Origin: Eledone cirrhosa
Lineage: Eukaryota
NCBI GenBank assembly: GCA_964016885.1
Contig: OZ024743.1
Location: 176,452,001 to 176,516,000, forward strand
DNA length: 64,000 nucleotides
Direction of reading: 5' to 3'
A model generated the notes under the pieces. The model did not search any database and was not told where the DNA came from. It worked only from the letters and a program-made list of their open reading frames with translations. A program made the translations under genes and the position numbers. Shown here in pieces: positions 27,075-39,706 of the stretch; position 1 is the stretch's first letter; every line of letters begins with the position of its first letter.

Positions 27075-27480
27075 GGAGCTCTGAAATAGTGGTATATATA
27101 TGGATGTACGTATTGTATATTTAATAATGTGGTGTATGTTTAGTTTAAAACATTTTGAAGCTATTTCACTATCAATTTAATGTAGTGACTATAGTCACAT
27201 ACTTTGCTTTAGCAAAAACAATGGGGAATAACCGACGCGTTTCTCGCTGTTTAGCGGTTATCAAGGCTATATACCAGTCTGTTTTTGCTGTGAGCAGTAG
27301 AAGCTGGCATCTTATAGAATACCAATTATGTTTATGAGTGTTTAAACTCATTAACATACAGAGCTGTTGCCGGCCAGTAACAATTAGAAATTTATGCTGG
27401 AGCTCTGAAATAGCTGTATATATGAATTTACGTATTGTATATTTAATAATATATGAATTTACGGCAGTGACTATAGTCAA
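27075..27480 (-). mobile_element. Retrozyme-like element, ~324-bp unit, ~1.25 copies, sister family of the 310-bp array
   Basis: ggagctctgaaatag repeated at 27075 and 27399. Colinear motifs shared with the array. HHR on minus strand at 27228-27270. Confidence 0.75.
27228..27270 (-). ncRNA. Type I hammerhead ribozyme, U3-A8 core variant
   Basis: atagcc-TTGATAA-c-cgct/agcg-a-GAAA-cgcg-TC-ggttat. Confidence 0.75.
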
Positions 27481-28012
27481 TATAATCGTGTAACCAACAA
27501 TAAACTCAACGATGGTTCTCCAGTGCGGCCATTGATCTAATGAATAAAACTATAACCTAACAAAACAATATTTTCCCCCAGTCGTTTTCTCTTAACAACT
27601 GAGTGAAACATCTCTAAATATGAAGTTTGAATGTATGTGTATATTAATATAAATAGTGCATACATATAATGAATATATATAATAAGAATATGTTTGTATA
27701 TATAATATGTATATATAATAAGAATATGTTTGTATATAATTAGTTATCTATATTACCACAAATATAAATATATATGTACACATCTATCGTTTTTAATGTA
27801 TTTACATACGTCTATCTTGGACATGGCGGCGAATTGACAGTGTCGCAAGGGCGTCGTGTTAAATGCCTCCATATTTGTTGCGGTTAACAGAGCTCTGAAT
27901 TATAATTGAAACGAGGTCACCTTTTTGTTTCAGCTTTTAGAGACCGATAAATATATTACCAGTGTAGTATTCTGGTTGATTTTTATCTCTACGTCTCTCT
28001 TCTCCACCCCCA

Positions 28013-28224
<212 letters not shown>

Positions 28225-28279
28225 CATATATATATATACTTATATATATATATATAGATACATATATATATATATATAT

Positions 28280-28328
<49 letters not shown>

Positions 28329-28333
<5 letters not shown>

Positions 28334-31277
28334 ATAAATGCTCTGAAATAGCGATATATATGTGAATATAGACATAGAATATTCGAAAATATTCTGTATG
28401 TTTATAATAAACATTTTGAAGACCTAATCGCTATAGAATAGAATACGTCACGTATTACAATTAGATTCTCGATAAAAGCAAGGGAAGTAATCTACGCGTT
28501 TCATTCTCGTTAGAAATCATCAGGACTACATATCCAGTGCTTTTATCGAGAATGACACAGCTAGAGACTTATAGAATACTTAGCTGTGTACAGGAACTGG
28601 TTTGAAAGAGCGGTTGCCGGTCCGGCAGAAATTAGAAATTGGAATAAATGCTCTGAAATAGCGATATATATGTGAATATAGACATAGAATATTCGAAAAT
28701 ATTCTGTATGTTTATAATAAACATTTTGAAGACCTAATCGCTATAGAATAGAATACGTCACGTATTACAATTAGATTCTCGATAAAAGCAAGGGAAGTAA
28801 TCTACGCGTTTCATTCTCGTTAGAAATCATCAGGACTACATATCCAGTGCTTTTATCGAGAATGACACAGCTAGAGACTTATAGAATACTTAGCTGTGTA
28901 CAGGAACTGGTTTGAAAGAGCGGTTGCCGGTCCGGCAGAAATTAGAAATTGGAATAAATGCTCTGAAATAGCGATATATATGTGAATATAGACATAGAAT
29001 ATTCGAAAATATTCTGTATGTTTATAATAAACATTTTGAAGACCTAATCGCTATAGAATAGAATACGTCACGTATTACAATTAGATTCTCGATAAAAGCA
29101 AGGGAAGTAATCTACGCGTTTCATTCTCGTTAGAAATCATCAGGACTACATATCCAGTGCTTTTATCGAGAATGACACAGCTAGAGACTTATAGAATACT
29201 TAGCTGTGTACAGGAACTGGTTTGAAAGAGCGGTTGCCGGTCCGGCAGAAATTAGAAATTGGAATAAATGCTCTGAAATAGCGATATATATGTGAATATA
29301 GACATAGAATATTCGAAAATATTCTGTATGTTTATAATAAACATTTTGAAGACCTAATCGCTATAGAATAGAATACGTCACGTATTACAATTAGATTCTC
29401 GATAAAAGCAAGGGAAGTAATCTACGCGTTTCATTCTCGTTAGAAATCATCAGGACTACATATCCAGTGCTTTTATCGAGAATGACACAGCTAGAGACTT
29501 ATAGAATACTTAGCTGTGTACAGGAACTGGTTTGAAAGAGCGGTTGCCGGTCCGGCAGAAATTAGAAATTGGAATAAATGCTCTGAAATAGCGATATATA
29601 TGTGAATATAGACATAGAATATTCGAAAATATTCTGTATGTTTATAATAAACATTTTGAAGACCTAATCGCTATAGAATAGAATACGTCACGTATTACAA
29701 TTAGATTCTCGATAAAAGCAAGGGAAGTAATCTACGCGTTTCATTCTCGTTAGAAATCATCAGGACTACATATCCAGTGCTTTTATCGAGAATGACACAG
29801 CTAGAGACTTATAGAATACTTAGCTGTGTACAGGAACTGGTTTGAAAGAGCGGTTGCCGGTCCGGCAGAAATTAGAAATTGGAATAAATGCTCTGAAATA
29901 GCGATATATATGTGAATATAGACATAGAATATTCGAAAATATTCTGTATGTTTATAATAAACATTTTGAAGACCTAATCGCTATAGAATAGAATACGTCA
30001 CGTATTACAATTAGATTCTCGATAAAAGCAAGGGAAGTAATCTACGCGTTTCATTCTCGTTAGAAATCATCAGGACTACATATCCAGTGCTTTTATCGAG
30101 AATGACACAGCTAGAGACTTATAGAATACTTAGCTGTGTACAGGAACTGGTTTGAAAGAGCGGTTGCCGGTCCGGCAGAAATTAGAAATTGGAATAAATG
30201 CTCTGAAATAGCGATATATATGTGAATATAGACATAGAATATTCGAAAATATTCTGTATGTTTATAATAAACATTTTGAAGACCTAATCGCTATAGAATA
30301 GAATACGTCACGTATTACAATTAGATTCTCGATAAAAGCAAGGGAAGTAATCTACGCGTTTCATTCTCGTTAGAAATCATCAGGACTACATATCCAGTGC
30401 TTTTATCGAGAATGACACAGCTAGAGACTTATAGAATACTTAGCTGTGTACAGGAACTGGTTTGAAAGAGCGGTTGCCGGTCCGGCAGAAATTAGAAATT
30501 GGAATAAATGCTCTGAAATAGCGATATATATGTGAATATAGACATAGAATATTCGAAAATATTCTGTATGTTTATAATAAACATTTTGAAGACCTAATCG
30601 CTATAGAATAGAATACGTCACGTATTACAATTAGATTCTCGATAAAAGCAAGGGAAGTAATCTACGCGTTTCATTCTCGTTAGAAATCATCAGGACTACA
30701 TATCCAGTGCTTTTATCGAGAATGACACAGCTAGAGACTTATAGAATACTTAGCTGTGTACAGGAACTGGTTTGAAAGAGCGGTTGCCGGTCCGGCAGAA
30801 ATTAGAAATTGGAATAAATGCTCTGAAATAGCGATATATATGTGAATATAGACATAGAATATTCGAAAATATTCTGTATGTTTATAATAAACATTTTGAA
30901 GACCTAATCGCTATAGAATAGAATACGTCACGTATTACAATTAGATTCTCGATAAAAGCAAGGGAAGTAATCTACGCGTTTCATTCTCGTTAGAAATCAT
31001 CAGGACTACATATCCAGTGCTTTTATCGAGAATGACACAGCTAGAGACTTATAGAATACTTAGCTGTGTACAGGAACTGGTTTGAAAGAGCGGTTGCCGG
31101 TCCGGCAGAAATTAGAAATTGGAATAAATGCTCTGAAATAGCGATATATATGTGAATATAGACATAGAATATTCGAAAATATTCTGTATGTTTATAATAA
31201 ACATTTTGAAGACCTAATCGCTATAGAATAGAATACGTCACGTATTACAATTAGATTCTCGATAAAAGTAATCTACG
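28329..31277 (-). repeat. 310-bp HHR-containing tandem array, left arm (9 full units plus a partial unit); ribozyme sense on minus
   Basis: ggaataaatg recurs at 28331, 28641 ... 31121 (exact 310 period). HHRs at 28487-28529 +310k, k=0-8. Confidence 0.95.
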
Positions 31278-32470
31278 GCAACCGCTCTTTCAAACCAGTT
31301 CCTGTACACAGCTAAGTATTCTATAAGTCTCTAGCTGTGTCATTCTCGATAAAAGCACTGGATATGTAGTCCTGATGATTTCTAACGAGAATGAAACGCG
31401 TAGATTACTTCCCTTGCTTTTATCGAGAATCTAATTGTAATACGTGACGTATTCTATTCTATAGCGATTAGGTCTTCAAAATGTTTATTATAAACATACA
31501 GAATATTTTCGAATATTCTATGTCTATATTCACATATATATCGCTATTTCAGAGCATTTATTCCAATTTCTAATTTCTGCCGGACCGGCAACCGCTCTTT
31601 CAAACCAGTTCCTGTACACAGCTAAGTATTCTATAAGTCTCTAGCTGTGTCATTCTCGATAAAAGCACTGGATATGTAGTCCTGATGATTTCTAACGAGA
31701 ATGAAACGCGTAGATTACTTCCCTTGCTTTTATCGAGAATCTAATTGTAATACGTGACGTATTCTATTCTATAGCGATTAGGTCTTCAAAATGTTTATTA
31801 TAAACATACAGAATATTTTCGAATATTCTATGTCTATATTCACATATATATCGCTATTTCAGAGCATTTATTCCAATTTCTAATTTCTGCCGGACCGGCA
31901 ACCGCTCTTTCAAACCAGTTCCTGTACACAGCTAAGTATTCTATAAGTCTCTAGCTGTGTCATTCTCGATAAAAGCACTGGATATGTAGTCCTGATGATT
32001 TCTAACGAGAATGAAACGCGTAGATTACTTCCCTTGCTTTTATCGAGAATCTAATTGTAATACGTGACGTATTCTATTCTATAGCGATTAGGTCTTCAAA
32101 ATGTTTATTATAAACATACAGAATATTTTCGAATATTCTATGTCTATATTCACATATATATCGCTATTTCAGAGCATTTATTCCAATTTCTAATTTCTGC
32201 CGGACCGGCAACCGCTCTTTCAAACCAGTTCCTGTACACAGCTAAGTATTCTATAAGTCTCTAGCTGTGTCATTCTCGATAAAAGCACTGGATATGTAGT
32301 CCTGATGATTTCTAACGAGAATGAAACGCGTAGATTACTTCCCTTGCTTTTATCGAGAATCTAATTGTAATACGTGACGTATTCTATTCTATAGCGATTA
32401 GGTCTTCAAAATGTTTATTATAAACATACAGAATATTTTCGAATATTCTATGTCTATATTCACATATATA
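31278..32470 (+). repeat. 310-bp HHR-containing tandem array, right arm (~3.85 units), inverted relative to the left arm
   Basis: accgctcttt at 31281, 31591, 31901 and 32211. Reverse complement of the left-arm unit; ends by merging into (AT)n. Confidence 0.95.
31366..31408 (+). ncRNA. Minimal type I hammerhead ribozyme of the array unit (also 31676-31718, 31986-32028, 32296-32338)
   Basis: gtagtc-CTGATGA-t-ttct/agaa-t-GAAA-cgcg-TA-gattac. 6-bp stem I with one G-U; palindromic ACGCGU stem III; predicted cleavage after GUA at 31402. Confidence 0.88.
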
Positions 32471-32541
32471 TATATATATATGTATATATATGTATGTATG
32501 TATGTATGTATATACAGTATATATATATATATATATGTACA

Positions 32542-32618
<77 letters not shown>

Positions 32619-32767
32619 GGAGGTTTAGCAAATAAGATAAAGTTTCAAAATAAATTTTAAAAAATTAACTGCACTTACTATGGTTATCTTTACCGAGTCG
32701 GTTTCGATTCTCAAAAATAAACGGAGTCCATACGGCCTTCGCCTTGTGCGTGTAGGAACACATATCC

Positions 32768-32871
<104 letters not shown>

Positions 32872-32873
32872 AT

Positions 32874-34143
32874 ATAATATAAGATCAAAAGATGGTTAAA
32901 GGAGTTCCATATATTTTATTATGCGCATTTCAAAAACAAACATCATCATGCAATAATATTTGTGTTTTCATCAGATAAAACAGGAGAACATGATATGAAG
33001 GCTAAAAAACACTTGTGGATAGTGCAGTTTTAAATCAACATATGAAAAGTGGTTTTAGATTGATGTGTGATATTGGGAAAAATATTTTATTTAGAGAGGG
33101 GGGGGGGAGGATGAAAAGGGAAGGAGATGAGAGGGAGAGATGGGTGATAGAGAGAAAGAGATAGTTTTTATAACTGAGAGGAGATATATTTTTTACATAG
33201 AGAGGTTGAAAACCGTTGGAAGATACTGTATAAATTAAAAATTTTGAAAATTAACGAAGGGAGGATATGTGCGAGGAAAAAATATTTTATTTAGGGAGGG
33301 GGGGGTGGAAAAAAGGGAGAGGAGATGAGAGTGAAGGTGGAGAGGGAGAGATGGGTGATAGAGAGAAAGAGATAGTTTTTATAACTGAGAAAAAGATATA
33401 TTGTTTTAATATAGAGAGGTTGGGAACCGTTGGAAGATAATGTATAAATTAAAGGAATTTGAAAATTAACGAAGGGAAATTATGTATGAAGATAGAGAGA
33501 AAAAAATAATAATTGTGGGTGAATATTCTAACGTCAAAAAAAGAAATGTATGTATTGTGGCAATTTCTCTCTATCACCCATCTCTCCCTCTCCACCTTCA
33601 CTCTCATCTCCTCTCCCTTTTTTCCACCACCCCCTCCCTAAATAAAATATTTTTTCCTCGCACATATCCTCCCTTCGTTAATTTTCAAAATTTTTAATTT
33701 ATACAGTATCTTCCAACGGTTTTCAACCTCTCTATGTAAAAAATATATCTCCTCTCAGTTATAAAAACTATCTCTTTCTCTCTATCACCCATCTCTCCCT
33801 CTCATCTCCTTCCCTTTTCATCCTTCCCCCCCCCCTTCTCTAAATAAAATATTTTTCCCAATATCACACATCAATCTAAAACCACTTTTCATATGTTGAT
33901 TTAAAACTGCACTATCCACAAGTGTTTTTTAGCCTTCATATCATGTTCTCCTGTTTTATCTGATGAAAACACAAATATTATTGCATGATGATGTTTGTTT
34001 TTGAAATGCGCATAATAAAATATATGGAACTCCTTTAACCATCTTTTGATCTTATATTATGCATACTCCAGTCCTACAAACTGTAGAGTGCTTCTTATCC
34101 GATATCTGCATTGCTTTATTGTACTACAATAAAACTCACCTCC

Positions 34144-34147
<4 letters not shown>
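32874..34147. mobile_element. Large fold-back of a PLE-type 3' terminus with two HHRs (minus 32912-32982, plus 33952-34022)
   Basis: Arms ~32874-33374 and ~33564-34060 are inverted. The right arm is homologous to ~3640-4172, including its HHR. Confidence 0.85.
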
Positions 34148-34205
<58 letters not shown>

Positions 34206-34298
34206 AAGGTTAAACAAGGTTCAATGAATAAATCAAAGAATGAGTTTTACAATAGATTGGAAGTTCTCAACAGTTTGGTTTTCCGGAGTTATTAATAT

Positions 34299-34633
34299 TA
34301 ATTCAAAATATTAACAAAATAGATATTCTTGTGATCAAGTATATTTTATTATACATATTTCAGAGGTACAGAGTTAACTTCAACAGTACGTCCTCATCAG
34401 ATAAAACAAGATGATGCATGACAAACCCTGACAAAGTAGATGGTTAAGATTCAGTCATGGTTAAGATTCAGTCATGACTGAATCTTAACCATCTACTATG
34501 TCAGGGTATGTCATGCATCATCTTATTTTATCTGATGAGGACGTACTGTTGAAGTTAACTCAGTACCTCTGAAATATGTATAATAAAATATACTTGATCA
34601 CAAGAATATCTATTTTGTTAATATTTTGAATTA
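34299..34633. mobile_element. Fold-back insert with two HHRs (minus 34342-34408, plus 34524-34590)
   Basis: tattttat-CTGATGA-ggacgtactg...cagtacctct-GAAA-tatgta-TA-ataaaata. Palindrome centred near 34475. Confidence 0.82.
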
Positions 34634-35482
34634 TTATTATATATATATATATATATATATGGTGAGGGTAATATTGTAATATTATTGCCAGAAATAATAA
34701 CAGAACACACTCACTGTTTGGTTGGTTTTCGCTTCTGTATCTTTTATATCTCCATAGTTAATTTATTTGGCAACCAATGTTTATCATTGACTGACCAACG
34801 GTTAAAAAATACAGATATAAATATATATATAGTCTAACAAAGTTCTTTCGTTGCACATCTGTAACATCATCAGTGGTACTATTATCATGTTCCCTTCTGT
34901 TGTATTGTAATATTTACGCCATTGTAATCTTGATTGCCAAATAAATTAACTATGGAGATATAAAAGATACAGAAGCGAAAACCAACCAAACAGTGAGTGT
35001 GTTCTGTTATTATTTCTGGCAATATTATTACAATAATATGACCGTCCCCAAGTATAACAATATTTGTTTCGACACACGATTTCATATCAAAAACATTGCA
35101 AAACAAATATATATATATATATATATATATCCAGCCTTCTCTCTCTCTCTCTTCTTTTCATTCTCTCTGAAAGAAAACGGCTATGTTCAGACCAGGAAAG
35201 GAAGGAGGTCAGCCATGTATAAAATGGTCAGGAAACACCGTACGCCAGTATGGTACTCCTATGACACGATACAAATGTATGGAACCCTACTTATCTTTGT
35301 GTTATTTTATACCTACACCTGATATTTCCCCCTGTAAAACCTTAAAACCGTCATCATCCGCTCGTGGAATGATGTTTGTATTTCCATCAATGCATTATTT
35401 GCTGCAATGCACATATCTTCTACAACTATCTGTGAATATCTGTATGAAAATATATGCACAAAATCATAACTACGAATATATA

Positions 35483-35558
35483 CAGGGTGTCCCAAAAAAT
35501 GTATATACACATCAACCTAAATACAATCAAAGTTTGTATAAATTTTTTGGACACCCTC
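35483..35558. mobile_element. Tiny Tc1/mariner-type MITE
   Basis: TA-cagggtgtcccaaaaaat...attttttggacaccctc-TA inverted ends. Confidence 0.55.
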
Positions 35559-35656
35559 TACATATTTATATATACACAAATACACACACATAACCCCCTC
35601 CATGCACACGCATATATATATATATGTATGAAAAGTATCTATGTGTAAATATAAAA

Positions 35657-35695
<39 letters not shown>

Positions 35696-35851
35696 TATAT
35701 ATATATGTATGAAAAGTATCTATGTGTAAATATAAAAATACACACACACTCACACACACATACATATATATATATGTATGAAAAGTATCTATGTGTAAAT
35801 ATAAACATACACACACACACATATATATATAGAGAGAGATATACATAATTG

Positions 35852-35890
<39 letters not shown>

Positions 35891-36298
35891 ATTTGCACAC
35901 ACACACGCACACACAAATGAATAGTGTATATATATATACTCTATTCTTTCAATGTGTGTGGGTGCGGGTGGGTGTCTGGGTGTGTGTGGATATGTGTGTG
36001 TGTTTGCGTCTCTGTCTGTCCATTCGGATTAGAAATCAAATATCAGTGTCAGTCTATATTTCCGAGGTTCCTGGCACTAAGTCTATATGTCTACATTCAT
36101 CCATTGGAACATCCATCTATAAAGGCAACCAACCGTGAATGTATACATGCCTATATAACAAGATATGAACACACTTGTGTATAAAATATTCATGGAGATT
36201 TATTGAAATATTCCATGCACTCACAGGTAAGCATATACACACCAACTTTAAACAGAGGCGCACACGCATACACACAGAAACACACACACACACAAACA

Positions 36299-36402
<104 letters not shown>

Positions 36403-36413
36403 AATATATATAT

Positions 36414-36783
36414 CTTAGTCTTAGTCTTAGATTCTTCCGCGCCGTTCGGTGCGTCGAACATTAAGTACTCGCCAACGGTCACGATCAGCCGCAACTTTTT
36501 CGAGACCGTGCCAGGTGATGTTGACTGCCATCAGGTCCTTCCGGAACGTCCGTCGCCAGGTGATCCTTGGGCAACACCGCCTCCGTTTACCTCCAGGCCG
36601 AGACCAGGTCATCGCTGTTTTCGAATGCTTTCCACCAGCGGTGCCTGCGAAAGATCCTTCGTGTGTCCTGGCGCGACCGAGTGCGAAACGAGGAGATCCT
36701 GCGGAGAGCCGAGTCTGGACGCTACAGAGAGTGGTCACAGAGCGTCGGTGCCGTCTGGCTGGCCATATTCTGCGTCTGCCAAA
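36414..36783 (-). mobile_element. RTE-clade LINE 3' fragment with 5' inversion
   Basis: Minus: TAMTWSRPGGKRRR..PRITWRRT..AADRDRWR, then a (CTAAGA)n tail. Plus: [36 protein letters not shown]. Confidence 0.85.
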
Positions 36784-36798
36784 TATATATATATATAA

Positions 36799-36878
<80 letters not shown>

Positions 36879-37619
36879 ATGTGTGTGTGTGTGTATATAT
36901 ATAATGGATAACAAAATATCGTTATAGGTAATCCAGTTAGAGGTTATGAATATTGTGGATAGTTTTAGCGTACGGCGTTGTTTGACTCAACAAGAGGTTA
37001 ACGTAGGTGGCGAGTTTATGAGTTCTCTTGTATTCCTATGTAAGTTTATCTTGGAGTAATATATATATATATATATGGTAGATAAATGAAACACAGAGAT
37101 GCACAAATATAAAGTCATACTTGGTTCAGGCTTGGAGGAACTGGAATATAAATATATACACACACACAATGTAGCTCTCGGATTTTGAATATGGCAAAGT
37201 GGATAAATTTCAGAAAGAAAAGCATTTTCAGAAGATATCTATATATTTATATATCTTTCTCTCTCTTGCACCAGAGTGGGCAAGCTGCAGTAACCTGCTA
37301 ACTACATATCGCGAAAAGAAGTAGTATAGGTTCAATTCCCATGCATGCTGATGCCATCTTTTTCCAGGCTTATATGTCCAGTTATATATATATATATATA
37401 TATATGTTCTTGTCTGGTAAGCCTATTCAGCCTTAATAAATGTATGCTTTCACCCTAAGTGGGATCGTATGATCCCGCTTGCGGTAAAACAGAAATATAT
37501 TTCCTTTACTTTTAATCTTTACTAATAATAAATATTTGCTCGAAGGGTTTATGTATATACTTGTATATATACAACCTTTATCGAGTCCACTTTGGAATTT
37601 GGTCTTTCTACTTATTATT

Positions 37620-37704
<85 letters not shown>

Positions 37705-37887
37705 GAAAATTGCAAACTTGACTGTCACCACTGAATATGAACCCGAAAATTGCGAAAGCATGAAAGTACTTGTTCAATTAACGTTTAACATTTAATATTC
37801 TACCATACTATTTCATTATAATATCATTATAATTTTAAAGGATTGTAAATAAAACGAGTAAATCAGACAAAGTTGGAATTTCTTTTA

Positions 37888-37968
<81 letters not shown>

Positions 37969-37972
<4 letters not shown>

Positions 37973-38727
37973 GGTACAACCGGGTCTATAACAAATCTAT
38001 TAAAACCAATCTACCCTCAAAATTCTTTCGATTAGTTAGCAAACACTTTCCAACATCACATAAATATAATAAAATCTTAAACCCTAACACTATTCGACTT
38101 TCATATTCAACCGCCCCTAATATTGAACAACATATAAAAAAGCTTAACGCAAAACGGTTGTATAAACGCCTTCCAACACATAACAATACACGTAAAACAT
38201 TAGCTATAACATCACAAAACAACAAACAACATCCTGTACTACATAAGCAACCTCATCAACCCATCCATGGCAATACAACAACGCAAAATTATAATTGTAA
38301 CTGTGTCCAACCAGGAATGTGTCCGTTGAACAATCAGTGTCTTGAACGCAACATCGTATACAAATGTACTATCGAATCGGATAGACAGAAGTGGTACTAT
38401 GTGGGATCTACAGCCACCTCCTTCAAATCACGCCTTTATAGACATCGTTATTCGATAAAACATGAAAACCAGCGTTATGTAACAACACTTGCAGACAAGG
38501 CTTGGCAGCTGCGTGAAAATAACCAACAATTTCACCTAAAATGGGATATAATAGCGGCTGCCCCCCCATAGTCCAATGGACAGGAATTTTGTAAATTATG
38601 TAATGTAGAATTATTTTGTATTATGAAATCCAAAAACATTTTATTAAATAACAGAATAGAGCGATCGTTATACTGTAACCATCGCTTAAAATCTACATTT
38701 TCATATTATAAATACTACCAGGATTGA
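37969..38727 (+). pseudogene. Penelope-like element C-terminus (RT thumb/linker plus GIY-YIG), 5'-truncated, one internal stop
   Basis: IWYN..KHFP..NTIRLSYSTAPN; CNCVQPGMCPLNNQC; IVYKC..YVGST..FKSRLYRH; TAG at 38569, then FCKLCNVE..LLNNRIE..YCNH. Starts at an (AT)n tract. Confidence 0.88.
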
Positions 38728-39433
38728 ACGCCTGTCTCTATCCCCGTTTGATTGTCAAAATAGATATGAACATTCTTTATTAGTCTTAATTCTATCAACT
38801 CTTCTATTATTTACCTTTTAATACAAACTGCTATAGATAAAATGAGATTTCTGATTTCTTGATTCAATTCCCTAATGCATATACCAGCTGGCTACTAGCA
38901 TTGATGTTATTTAGTAGCAATCGAAATCTCCCCCTTCCCCAATTGACACTTTATAATTAATACTACTGCACCAAATGACCAGCCCTGTCCACTGTCCAGT
39001 TGGTCAAGTAGAGATTAAAATTGGCACTCCCAAAATTCTTATTTATATTTACTCATGGTATTCTCATTAAAAACCCATTATATACTTGTTTAGCAGTAAA
39101 TTATTTTACTATCTGTCATATTCTATCCCCTCTGTTCCTTCCTCTTTTACTAATATAAATACTTCAATTTTTCTGATTTTATCCAGTTTATTCAAAATCT
39201 CTGAAAAAGTGACAACTGATTATACATTTGCTATCGAATACTTGCTAACATTATATGATTACGCAAGCAGCGATACATAGGTATTCGGTCTGTTACAGAA
39301 ACATATGTCAATACCTAATAAATTCCTTTTTTAACAAAAGCACTTTCATTTTATATTCATCCTTTCTATATATATATATATATATGAGAGTATTGAAGTT
39401 TGCTTGAAGCATTGTGGAATAATAAGATATATT

Positions 39434-39706
39434 TTCTTTAGGTCGCTTTGGAAGCCTCAACAATGCAAATGGGTAATTCTCCGGGTAACAAGATCCGGTG
39501 GTGAAGAGAGAGATGTAAGTGAATGTAAAATGAGATGTATAGTGTGTAGAGGAACGTAGGAGAGAGCGTAATATTTTATTTTTTTTACGCTCTTTCCTAC
39601 GTTCTTCTACACACTATACATCTCATTCTACATTCACTTACATCGGATCTTGTTACCCGGAGAATTACCCATCTACATTGTTGAGGCTTCAAAAACGACC
39701 TAAAGA
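39434..39706. mobile_element. Fold-back insert; same family as 11060-11250
   Basis: Inverted arms with scattered mismatches. tggaagcctc.acaatgca.atgggta..ccgggtaacaagatccggtgg is shared with ~11075. Confidence 0.75.

Noticed and set aside
28329-32470. CRISPR array or coding repeat
   Set aside because: Units are identical over the full 310 bp with no unique spacers, no cas genes and no ORF; eukaryotic context.
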